A stretch of DNA of 64,000 nucleotides, taken from a virus (taxonomy: Duplodnaviria; Caudoviricetes). Positions 1-8,114 of the stretch are shown piece by piece. The position numbers and the translations under genes are program-made. The stretch lies in IMG/VR virus record IMGVR_UViG_3300031998_000005. One strand, 5' to 3'. A model generated the notes under the pieces. That model was given only the letters and a program-made list of their open reading frames with translations, was not told the origin of the DNA and searched no databases. Positions within the stretch are counted from its first letter, which is position 1, and each line of letters begins with the position of its first letter.

Positions 1-318
1 CCATACAACGTAGCAACGGCTTCGCTTGTCTTGGATTCCGTATGGAGCAGATACGGGAGATTGCCTCCCCGTATGCTTGCAGAACCTTACAATCGTGGAT
101 TGTTTGATGACTGCATAAACGCATTTATGGAATGGGTCGGGGAAACATCGGACGTTATGCGTAGCAAGTATCTGCGACAGATGGCTACGGATTGCACCCA
201 TTATTTCCTGGGGTCGTTCGCCAATCGTAGCCCCGACCACGACCGCTTGTTGAACAGCACCAAAGAGCAAGTAAGAAAGGAACTCAACAAGATTATGGAG
301 CGTGAAGCCTACGGATAA
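1..318 (+). CDS. hypothetical protein, 5' partial
   Basis: Frame open from base 1 to TAA 316-318. Confidence 0.7.
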   Translation, partial: PYNVATASLVLDSVWSRYGRLPPRMLAEPYNRGLFDDCINAFMEWVGETSDVMRSKYLRQMATDCTHYFLGSFANRSPDHDRLLNSTKEQVRKELNKIMEREAYG

Positions 319-337
319 AAAAAATTTAGCGAACCCC

Positions 338-366
338 TTGACAATCGGATTTCAGTAATCTATATT
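338..366 (+). promoter_or_regulatory. sigma70-type promoter of tRNA operon
   Basis: TTGACA 338-343, 17-nt spacer, TATATT 361-366. Confidence 0.85.
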
Positions 367-389
367 ATGGACCGTATAGGAAAATCACT

Positions 390-473
390 ATGAGAAAGAA
401 CTACGCAAATAATTTCTTCTTTGAAGCCGAGGCTAGTGCCGAAGCCTATTTTGCGTATGCCTTGCAGTGGTGA
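390..473 (+). CDS. leader (attenuator) peptide of tRNA operon, MRKNYANNFFFEAEASAEAYFAYALQW
   Basis: AGGA at 378-381, ATG 390, TGA 471-473; codons 4-24 are all N/Y/A/F/E/S(AGT), matching the six downstream tRNAs. Confidence 0.85.
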   Translation: MRKNYANNFFFEAEASAEAYFAYALQW

Positions 474-516
474 TTTTCCAAGTGCTTTTAATGGGTTAAA
501 CAGGAAACTCCACTGC
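464..516 (+). promoter_or_regulatory. antiterminator helix (2:3)
   Basis: GCAGTGG 464-470 pairs CCACTGC 510-516; TTTCC 475-479 pairs GGAAA 503-507; excludes the terminator. Confidence 0.75.
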
Positions 517-539
517 GTATGCGGTGGAGTTTTTCTTTT
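503..539 (+). terminator. attenuator intrinsic terminator (3:4) upstream of first tRNA
   Basis: AAACTCCACTGC-GTAT-GCGGTGGAGTTT stem followed by TTCTTTT. Confidence 0.85.
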
Positions 540-547
540 ATCCTTAT

Positions 548-622
548 GTGGCGGTAGCGTCAGCCTGGTAGAGCAGGGGACTGAAAATCCTCGTGTCGGT
601 GGTTCAAATCCACCCCGTCGCA
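548..622 (+). tRNA. trnF: tRNA-Phe(GAA)
   Basis: Cloverleaf; anticodon arm GGGGA-CTGAAAA-TCCTC; no encoded CCA. Confidence 0.93.
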
Positions 623-633
623 CGAACAAATTT

Positions 634-706
634 GGTTTCATCGTCTAGTGGTCAAGGACATTAGGTTTTCAACCTAAAGACTAGGGTTCAAGCCCCTATG
701 AAACTA
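634..706 (+). tRNA. trnE: tRNA-Glu(TTC)
   Basis: GGTTTCA/TGAAACT acceptor; TTAGG-TTTTCAA-CCTAA anticodon arm. Confidence 0.92.
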
Positions 707-710
707 CTAT

Positions 711-783
711 GGGACGTTAGTTCAGTTGGTAGAACGCCTGCCTTGCAAGCAGGAGGTCATCGGTTCAAGTCCGATACGCTCCA
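711..783 (+). tRNA. trnA: tRNA-Ala(TGC)
   Basis: CCTGC-CTTGCAA-GCAGG arm; G3:U70 Ala identity pair. Confidence 0.93.
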
Positions 784-792
784 CTACATTTT

Positions 793-865
793 TCTGCCCT
801 AGTTTAATGGTAAAACACCCGCCTGTTAAGCGGAGAGAGTCCACGTCCGAATCGTGGGAGTAGAG
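793..865 (+). tRNA. trnN: tRNA-Asn(GTT)
   Basis: CCGC-CTGTTAA-GCGG arm; G73; T-loop TCCGAAT. Confidence 0.88.
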
Positions 866-872
866 CGAATTT

Positions 873-955
873 GGATAGGTATGCAAGTGGCTAAAGCAGG
901 CGGTCTGTAAAACCGCCCCCTTCGGGGTTCGTAGGTCCGAAACCTACCCTATCCA
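873..955 (+). tRNA. trnY: tRNA-Tyr(GTA)
   Basis: GCGGT-CTGTAAA-ACCGC arm; long variable arm; A73. Confidence 0.93.
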
Positions 956-960
956 CGAAT

Positions 961-1043
961 GGAGAATTACGCTAATTGGTAAGCGACCTCGGTGCTAACG
1001 AGGCGGGTGCAAGCCCTTACAGGTTCAAGTCCTGTATTCTCCG
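961..1043 (+). tRNA. trnS: tRNA-Ser(GCT)
   Basis: CCTCG-GTGCTAA-CGAGG arm; long variable arm; G73. Confidence 0.9.
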
Positions 1044-1146
1044 TTAGGTTTTTGACAGTATTTTGTGAATATCCTGTTTGCTTTTTGTAGTAAATAGTTA
1101 TATATTAAGTATAAATTCTACAAAATCCCCCGACAAGGAAATCACA

Positions 1147-1464
1147 ATGGCTGAAAATTTCTACAAACTCTTACATCAGCGGATAGCCGAACACGCTGAA
1201 AAAGACCTGGCTAGGTATGGAATATGCCTAAACCGCACACCCGCCAAGCCCATCACACGGCAACGCAAATGGCTTGACAAGTTCAAGGCTCTCCACGGGA
1301 TGTCTTACAGCACGTGGCTTTACAGGCAGAAACATAGCCACCCCGCAGAAACAACAGAAAAGCCCGTAGAACCGCAGGCAGAAAGCCCAATAGAGCAGAC
1401 AACCACACCGATAGAAACCCCGCTGATGTTGCCACAGGAAACGCCTATTCCTGCCCTCGCCTAG
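1147..1464 (+). CDS. hypothetical protein, P/E/T-rich tail
   Basis: AAGGA RBS; TTGCTT-17-TATATT promoter 1078-1106. Confidence 0.7.
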   Translation: MAENFYKLLHQRIAEHAEKDLARYGICLNRTPAKPITRQRKWLDKFKALHGMSYSTWLYRQKHSHPAETTEKPVEPQAESPIEQTTTPIETPLMLPQETPIPALA

Positions 1465-1513
1465 CCTGCTCCCGCACCCTAGAAATTTTTTCATAAAAAT
1501 CTAACAAGTCCTA

Positions 1514-1542
1514 TTGACAGGAACTTGGTATTTTGTTATATT
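1514..1542 (+). promoter_or_regulatory. conserved phage early promoter
   Basis: TTGACA-17-TATATT with GGTATTTTGT spacer box. Confidence 0.85.
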
Positions 1543-1578
1543 TAGGGATAAGATAACCACATTAACCGAGAACCCCCG

Positions 1579-2019
1579 ATGATTAAAATAAGAACCGAGT
1601 TATTCACGAATGCTCCTAACGATTGTAAAATTACTTGTGATGACAAGTATCTAATCCTATGCTTGCACGAGATTGTCAAGACTTTGGAGATTGAGAAAGT
1701 CACGGACATTCAAGATAACGCTTTTTCGTTTTCAGTAAAGCACAAGGACGAAATCCTGTCCGTTATAGGACAAATGGAAACCAAGGTTCTCCCGTTCTGT
1801 GCCGAGGCACATCGTCGTAGATGGTGGCGAAAGAAACAAAAGTTTTGGCTTGCTTGGGCTGCGGGGTGGGGAATCCTTGACTTTACCTTTGAAATCATAG
1901 ATTGGCTCAACGGCAAGTGGCAGAACGCCTTGGTCATCGGGCTATGCGGACTATGGGTAGTTCTGTGGTCACTCCGCAACTATTGGGAAGCAAAGAACTT
2001 TGAAAATGGGGAGTCTTGA
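1579..2019 (+). CDS. hypothetical membrane protein
   Basis: Two C-terminal hydrophobic segments. Confidence 0.7.
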   Translation: MIKIRTELFTNAPNDCKITCDDKYLILCLHEIVKTLEIEKVTDIQDNAFSFSVKHKDEILSVIGQMETKVLPFCAEAHRRRWWRKKQKFWLAWAAGWGILDFTFEIIDWLNGKWQNALVIGLCGLWVVLWSLRNYWEAKNFENGES

Positions 2020-2022
2020 CCT

Positions 2023-2420
2023 ATGGCAAATAAAAAAATTGATAAAGTATGGGAAGCCCTGGGAAAGATTGTAGAAAAGCGAAACATCACAATCTATACA
2101 GCGACCCAACCGCCTAGACCCGATTGTGGACATTCTCATTATAATCCACCTACGGGAAATGAAATAGTTGTTGTAGATTACGTGGGGCATATACTCCCAA
2201 AGGATTCCGTATGAAAACTTGGTTTGATAAAAAATTCAGCACTACCGAATGGTGGGAAACCCGATTGAAGAACGTAGCCAAATCTCTTGGCTTGGAAATC
2301 TCGTGGGCTAGTTGCTATTTCGCACACTTGACAGCGGGGCGACACCTTAATTGGCGTTGCGTTGGCGGGTGGCTCAAGCACTTGGACTATGCCACGAACC
2401 ACCCAGGTTTTGACTTTTAA
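2023..2420 (+). CDS. two small hypothetical proteins (2023-2214, 2211-2420)
   Basis: ATGA-coupled ORFs. Confidence 0.6.
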
Positions 2421-2441
2421 TAAAAAATTTCAAAAATACTA

Positions 2442-2470
2442 TTGACAAGTGCTTGGTATTTTGTTATATT
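2442..2470 (+). promoter_or_regulatory. conserved phage early promoter
   Basis: TTGACA-17-TATATT; ACAACCAC..AACCGAGG leader. Confidence 0.85.
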
Positions 2471-2505
2471 TGGGTTAAAGACAACCACCAACCGAGGATA
2501 ACTCA

Positions 2506-2886
2506 ATGCAGAAAATGATTACGAACCCGATTCTTTCGGCTCTCAAAAAGACCCCGTATGCTTCTACCGATGGCGTGGAAAGGGATGATAAGAAAGTCAT
2601 CGCCCGCTATTTCCTGCCTGGAACGGGATGCACGTGGTATGTGCTTGAAGACGATGGGTTCTTCACGGACGATGAACACAAGGACGCAGACCACATTGAC
2701 CCGAATATGATTGTGTTCGGGGCTGCGACCATCGGCTACGGCTTGGAACTTGGCTCTATCTCTTTGAAGGAAGTGTTTGAAACACGTGGAGCATTCGGAC
2801 TCCGTGCCGAACGGGATATTTCTGTGAAGCCCCTTGAAGAAACTCTTGGCACTCTCCGCAAGCGTTATGGCGAGGATTGGCAGTAA
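2506..2886 (+). CDS. DUF2958-like protein
   Basis: ARYFLP..CTWYVLE..FG..ELGSISLKE..ERD pattern. Confidence 0.65.
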   Translation: MQKMITNPILSALKKTPYASTDGVERDDKKVIARYFLPGTGCTWYVLEDDGFFTDDEHKDADHIDPNMIVFGAATIGYGLELGSISLKEVFETRGAFGLRAERDISVKPLEETLGTLRKRYGEDWQ

Positions 2887-2887
2887 T

Positions 2888-4011
2888 ATGACCCTTACGG
2901 AACTCATTGAAGCAAGCAAGAACGGTCCTGTGTATATCCGTCAAAAGCACCCCCGCCACGTAGATGGGGGGCTTTGTCGGGAGGCATATTCTACGACCTA
3001 TCTGCTTGTGAACTCCCTGTCCAAAGTTCCCTGTGGTTATAACTACGGGGTTCTCTTACAGGATTTCGCCTTGGAAGTTCGGATGTCCGTGGAATATGTA
3101 GAGTATTACGAACCTTGGACGGGAAAGCAGTTTTCCCCGACTTGTGTTATTGAATTTGACTGCGACAAGTTTCAGCACGTCACCGAAGAATGGCTCTCCC
3201 AATGGGAGTTCGTGGAAGACAACCGCCTGCCCGATAACATCGCAAATTTTGTAGAAGACAAACTTTACACCGAAATGGACAATGCCGAAACCCGTTGGAT
3301 TGCGTGGCAAGGCATACAGGAGAAGATTGATGAACGCCTTTAATATCGTTGTAGATGACTCCGAGCAGTCCTTTATGATTATCGCTATGAACCGCACCCT
3401 GCTTACCTGGATGCACGATTTTCTTAAAGATAATGATGCACTGCAAAAGTATGGACCGTTCCTTAATGGAATCAGCCGTAGCGTATCTCGTATGTGTGTG
3501 GACAGGTTTATTGTCGGCACAAACGATACAAAGGTATGCTACGACCTCGCTGATGCCGTGCAGAAAGCCGTTGTGGACGCTATTCAGCATAAGTTGATAC
3601 CTACCCCTAGCGAACAATTTAGTAGCCTGGAAGACGCTATTAAACTGCTCTCCGACAAGTGAGGATTTTATGAACGCACAAGTGGAACTATTTACCATTG
3701 AAATTCAGTCCCTTTCGGATTACGAATACCTCGCCCAAAAGGTCAAGGACTACCACGATGATGTGGTGTCTGCCCTGTTGAGCCTTTCCCATCGTAATCC
3801 CAAGAAATATAACCTGTCGGCTTTCCGTATCTGCCACGATGCCGATTTCGTATGGACAGCGGGAACTGATACGATTACCGCTACCACGCAGGACATTCTT
3901 GCTCTCTATCTTGGTGGAAATCAAGCGTGGGCACAGATGAAACAAGCCGAGCATAAGGCTGAAATAAACGCTTTCAAACGTAAAATCAAAAAGGAAGGTT
4001 TGTGGATATGA
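2888..4011 (+). CDS. three hypothetical proteins (2888-3343, 3330-3662, 3670-4011)
   Basis: Tightly packed co-oriented ORFs. Confidence 0.7.
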
Positions 4012-4481
4012 CAAACATCGTAATTGTAGATATTGACGGCACGATTACCGATGCTTCGGAACGTGCTAAAAAGTATCTTTCCAAAGAACCGAAAGATTGG
4101 GATAAGTTCTACGATGCCTGTGGTAGCGACAAGCCTATCCAGGAAATCGTGGACCTTGTTTGTGCCTTGTCGGATTCCTACGGGATTGTGTTCTGCACAG
4201 GCAGACGCAGAAGCACGAACGATGCCACCCGTCAGTGGCTTCGTGATAACTTAAAGACGTTCCGATACAGCCGTAACGGTGTGATGGGCTTGCCTATCCT
4301 GTATCGCAACGATGGCGACACCCGACACGACACCCTCGTGAAACCCGAACTGCTTGACGAATATCTGCGACAGCACCCCGATTACAGGGTTTCGTTCATT
4401 CTTGAAGACCGAAACTCTATGGTCAAGAAATGGCGGGAACTTGGTTTCAAGTGCCTGCAAGTAGCCGATGGAGATTTCTAG
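4008..4481 (+). CDS. HAD-family polynucleotide 3'-phosphatase (T4 PseT phosphatase-domain-like)
   Basis: DIDGT motif, TGR, EDR..MV..WR.LG..C.QVADGDF C-terminus. Confidence 0.85.
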   Translation: MTNIVIVDIDGTITDASERAKKYLSKEPKDWDKFYDACGSDKPIQEIVDLVCALSDSYGIVFCTGRRRSTNDATRQWLRDNLKTFRYSRNGVMGLPILYRNDGDTRHDTLVKPELLDEYLRQHPDYRVSFILEDRNSMVKKWRELGFKCLQVADGDF

Positions 4482-4482
4482 T

Positions 4483-4911
4483 ATGACGAAAGACATCCAT
4501 ACAATCGCTAGTTTTGGCGAACTTGAAGTCTATGAACCCGATGACGCTGCGAAAGAACCCTTCGCCAAGTTTTTCCGTATGTCCGATGTTCTTTCCTTTG
4601 CAGAACAGACAGCGAAAAAAGAAGAAGAACTTATAGGAACGCTGTTCCGTCAGTTCGCAGAACTTTCCCGCTACGAGTTCTTTAAGAAGAAACTTTGGAA
4701 GAAAGTAAAGGGTTTCAAGGACACGGACGAAGCCGAGGTCATCATCGCCTTTGCGACTATCCGTCTGCGAAACCTGGGTATCTACACCCGCCCGTGTGGG
4801 TGTGCTTGGTGTTCGTTCGCTAATTGGTCGCACGAAGATGTGAACGAATACTTGAAAGAATATGTGCCTGTGTTTGAAGCCTACAGCAAGTGGTGTATGG
4901 CACAGCGATAA
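4483..4911 (+). CDS. hypothetical protein
   Basis: ORF in operon. Confidence 0.65.
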   Translation: MTKDIHTIASFGELEVYEPDDAAKEPFAKFFRMSDVLSFAEQTAKKEEELIGTLFRQFAELSRYEFFKKKLWKKVKGFKDTDEAEVIIAFATIRLRNLGIYTRPCGCAWCSFANWSHEDVNEYLKEYVPVFEAYSKWCMAQR

Positions 4912-4935
4912 AACCATTTAACCGAGGAAACTAAA

Positions 4936-5046
4936 ATGAGCAATCACAATAACTACTCTGCCCCTATGCTTGTTCCCGACCCGAAGAACCCCCGCTCTCT
5001 CTGTGTCCGTAAGAACGCCCCCAAGGAATCCAAGTCCAAGGGGTAG
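4936..5046 (+). CDS. 36-aa hypothetical peptide
   Basis: AACCGAGG leader, ATG 4936, TAG 5044-5046. Confidence 0.55.
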   Translation: MSNHNNYSAPMLVPDPKNPRSLCVRKNAPKESKSKG

Positions 5047-5050
5047 CCCT

Positions 5051-5224
5051 ATGAACGAATGCGAATACTGCAAAGTCGGAGTGGACAAGAAACCCGCCAA
5101 GGGAAAGACACGCTCCAAATACTTTTACAAGGTCTTTGCTAACGGACTTGCGTTCGGGCAAGACAACCACGATATAGCCCTACTCCCCGCCAAATTCTGT
5201 CCGATGTGCGGAAAGGAACTTTAA
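5051..5224 (+). CDS. Zn-ribbon mini-protein (CxxC..CPxCG family)
   Basis: CEYC...KFCPMCGKEL. Confidence 0.7.
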   Translation: MNECEYCKVGVDKKPAKGKTRSKYFYKVFANGLAFGQDNHDIALLPAKFCPMCGKEL

Positions 5225-5225
5225 T

Positions 5226-6539
5226 ATGAAATATCTCATTATCCAAACCGATTGGGATGATTACTACGTGGAATGCCCGACCGAGAAATTCTACGAGCGT
5301 CTGTGTTCCTGTGTTCCGCACACATCGGAATTTCGTGGATGGCACGGCAGTGATGAAAAGGAAGGTCGTGAACTTGGACACAAGGGGTCTGTTGAAATCT
5401 TCGGCAGGGATATTATCGCTATTGCCGAGGGCACCGAGAAAGCCCCGTGGAATCCCGAACGACTTAAAGAACAACTGAAACAGACGATTGGCGAAGAATA
5501 TATTTACAGCGGTTCGGCAAACGTGGTCGTCACTACGAACAAGTCCTTGCAGCCGTTTGAACTGACCCCCGAAAATTCTATCATCCTGGGGATGACCAAC
5601 CTTATGTTCTTTGCGAACGGCTACAAGCATCCTATCCCGTGGCTCCGTGCGACGGATAACGATGTATTCAAGGTAATACGCTCCGCAAAGGAATGGTTAG
5701 AGACACATCGCCCGTGGAATATAGAGGGCTACTACAAGCATCTGCTTGTCATCTTCCAAGAAGACCCACGCATTATCCGAGATACTACGGAAACTACCGA
5801 CCCCCTCTACTTGAAAGAAATCCACGACAGGATTGTTTTGGACGTTCCCGACCATCCGATTGTGGCTGACACTAATCGTGTCCAAACAGGTATCAATACT
5901 TTCGTGTCTTGGGGTGGAGCGACTAACGAACTGATTGACAAGGCAACCAACTACGTTCAATCCTTGCTCGTTCCATCGGCTGAAACCCTTAACCTTGAGA
6001 AAACTATGCCCGAACAGAAAGACGATATTCCTACTTATCCGCTTGTCCTGCCCCGTAGCGATGTTCCGACTTATAAGGAACTTGCGACGTGGTTGGCAGA
6101 AGGCAGGGGCGAACTGCTTGACCTTAACAATTTTAATACTGTGAAACACACCCTTGATTATCCTTTGGACAAGGAAAACGAATGCCTGCACCCGTTGGAT
6201 GTATGCTACTACCGAGTGCGTGTCAAAGATGACATTACTTGGCGAAAGCCCGACATCAAATCTATGGGCATTCAGCGATGGGACATCGCCAAGTTTAGCG
6301 TGTATATCGCAACCAAGTATGAAAATGTCGTAAAGGTATCTATGGGTCTATTGGGACCTGACCTGTGCTTGGGTAATCTGCGACTTGCCAACTTTGCCAC
6401 AGGAGCAGTCACCGAAATCGGAGAATCCTTGGGAGAACTCAAGGCATCTACCACGGTGCCGTGGGATAAATTAACCGATAAGGATGTGATGCTCCTTGAA
6501 AAAGACATCCAAAGACTCATTAACGAACACAAGGTATAA
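5226..6539 (+). CDS. hypothetical multidomain protein
   Basis: 437-aa ORF; TYxxLxxWLAxGxG motif shared with 41749-42498. Confidence 0.8.
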   Translation: MKYLIIQTDWDDYYVECPTEKFYERLCSCVPHTSEFRGWHGSDEKEGRELGHKGSVEIFGRDIIAIAEGTEKAPWNPERLKEQLKQTIGEEYIYSGSANVVVTTNKSLQPFELTPENSIILGMTNLMFFANGYKHPIPWLRATDNDVFKVIRSAKEWLETHRPWNIEGYYKHLLVIFQEDPRIIRDTTETTDPLYLKEIHDRIVLDVPDHPIVADTNRVQTGINTFVSWGGATNELIDKATNYVQSLLVPSAETLNLEKTMPEQKDDIPTYPLVLPRSDVPTYKELATWLAEGRGELLDLNNFNTVKHTLDYPLDKENECLHPLDVCYYRVRVKDDITWRKPDIKSMGIQRWDIAKFSVYIATKYENVVKVSMGLLGPDLCLGNLRLANFATGAVTEIGESLGELKASTTVPWDKLTDKDVMLLEKDIQRLINEHKV

Positions 6540-6541
6540 CT

Positions 6542-7102
6542 ATGAAAACATTAGCACTTTACGCAGGGAGTTTCAACCCTATCCACGCAGGGCATATCCA
6601 GGTCATTGAAACCGCACAGCAGATTTTCGGAGAAGACCACGTAGGCATCCTGCTTGCAGACAATCCGCAGAAGACCTATGGGGTGTCCAAGGATAAACGC
6701 TCCGATTGGTTGTGGCAAACCGTCGGCAAGCGTCCGTATTATGTGGATGGGTTCGTGTGTGATTTCTGCGATGAAAAAAGTAGGGAAATCTCATACGGGG
6801 AACAGGTGTGGGATAACATTGTGCTTATCCGTGGTGTCCGTTCGGGAGCAGACCTTGATACCGAAATCCCGATGGCGGGCTACAACTACAACATTTCGCA
6901 CGGCAAATACCCGACTATCCTAATCCCGACCCCTGCGAACCTTCGTGACCTGTCATCTTCGGCAGTCCGTGTTCTCGCCAAGCGGGATTTCAACGAGTTC
7001 TTTGACATCCTGTATAAGCCCTACGCTCCGCAGAAAATATCCTACTCCAAATGGGTAGATGTTGCCGAAGACGTTTGGAAAACCTACCACGAGTCAAAAT
7101 GA
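6542..7102 (+). CDS. coaD: phosphopantetheine adenylyltransferase-like (HxGH nucleotidyltransferase)
   Basis: YAGSFNPIHAGH, IRGVRSGADLDTE, LSSSAVR motifs. Confidence 0.75.
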   Translation: MKTLALYAGSFNPIHAGHIQVIETAQQIFGEDHVGILLADNPQKTYGVSKDKRSDWLWQTVGKRPYYVDGFVCDFCDEKSREISYGEQVWDNIVLIRGVRSGADLDTEIPMAGYNYNISHGKYPTILIPTPANLRDLSSSAVRVLAKRDFNEFFDILYKPYAPQKISYSKWVDVAEDVWKTYHESK

Positions 7103-7353
7103 AACACCCCGACCTAGACAAAGCCCTGTTGCATTTCCAATATGAGTGCGGGGAGATTGAACGGAAACTCCAACCCCGAATAGCCTTCGGGGAGGTTTCC
7201 GTTGGTTACTATCCCGCAGATGGTATGTGTGCTGTCGTGACCGTAAAGGAAACTGATGACTTTCGCCCCTTGGACGATTATGTTGTGAAACTAGCGGACA
7301 TCCCCGAAAAGGGAGAAATCACCCAGGAATGGTGGTGTTCACACTCTATCTAA
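7099..7353 (+). CDS. hypothetical protein
   Basis: ATGA overlap with coaD. Confidence 0.6.
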   Translation: MKHPDLDKALLHFQYECGEIERKLQPRIAFGEVSVGYYPADGMCAVVTVKETDDFRPLDDYVVKLADIPEKGEITQEWWCSHSI

Positions 7354-7403
7354 AAAAGATAGAACCCTGCTATATATGTAATAGGACACAAAAGGAACTA
7401 TGT

Positions 7404-8102
7404 ATGTGCAAGTATTGTGAGCAAAACGAACGGAAATTGTTTAAGCCTATGGCGGTAAACGATGTGGGTTTCAAAATCCCGCTCGTAGGGATTGCGTTTA
7501 GGGAAGATACCGATGACAAGGTATTACAGGTCAATTTTGACGAATCCGAACCCCTGCAAATCGCCATCAACTATTGCCCCATCTGCGGGGCAAGACTTTC
7601 GCCCCCTGCTCCAATGCTCTTTGAGGATATGTCCGAAAACCCTACGGGTGTCGGCTGTTATAGAGTTCCCATCGGCAAGGACGCTATGGGCAACGACAAG
7701 ATTGTTGCCATCCCGAACCCGCAGGACAACTATGCCCTGTTTTGTTCCCAAATCAAGAAAATCGCTACGGGCGAGTTTTACGATTTAAGTATGCCTTGGT
7801 GCATTCAGCGTCTGTGGGTTCTGCTGAAAAAGCAAATCCCCAAGATGGAATTTGACTACGATATGCAGACGGACAGGCTGACGATTAAGATTAAGGGATG
7901 TCACCACTACATCGCTACCGAAAAATATCTGTATCGCCCGTTTGTCGGGGCTGACGGGGTAGTGTTCTTTAACACCCCGACTTCCTGGAAATATGTGACC
8001 GATGACAATTACGAGTTTATGAAATTTGTGCTTACCAAGATTGCCGAGGGCGATTTGAAACTCCCGACCCCGCATAACGTCACTACTAACCCATCCACTT
8101 AA
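7404..8102 (+). CDS. Zn-ribbon family domain fused to unknown C-terminal domain
   Basis: MCKYC...INYCPICGARL. Confidence 0.7.
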   Translation: MCKYCEQNERKLFKPMAVNDVGFKIPLVGIAFREDTDDKVLQVNFDESEPLQIAINYCPICGARLSPPAPMLFEDMSENPTGVGCYRVPIGKDAMGNDKIVAIPNPQDNYALFCSQIKKIATGEFYDLSMPWCIQRLWVLLKKQIPKMEFDYDMQTDRLTIKIKGCHHYIATEKYLYRPFVGADGVVFFNTPTSWKYVTDDNYEFMKFVLTKIAEGDLKLPTPHNVTTNPST

Positions 8103-8114
8103 AAGGACTGCAAA

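Noticed and set aside
372-540. T-box riboswitch as explanation of the tRNA leader
   Set aside because: No T-box consensus (GGTGGNACCGCG) or specifier stem seen; the translated leader explains the structure.
360-648. ORF-track calls 360-641 (-) and 421-648 (+)
   Set aside because: They overlap the leader, terminator and tRNA-Phe and have no RBS; the credible ORF is 390-473 in another frame.
961-1043. Amber suppressor tRNA (CTA inside loop GTGCTAA)
   Set aside because: The centred anticodon of the 7-nt loop is GCT; long variable arm and G73 fit Ser.
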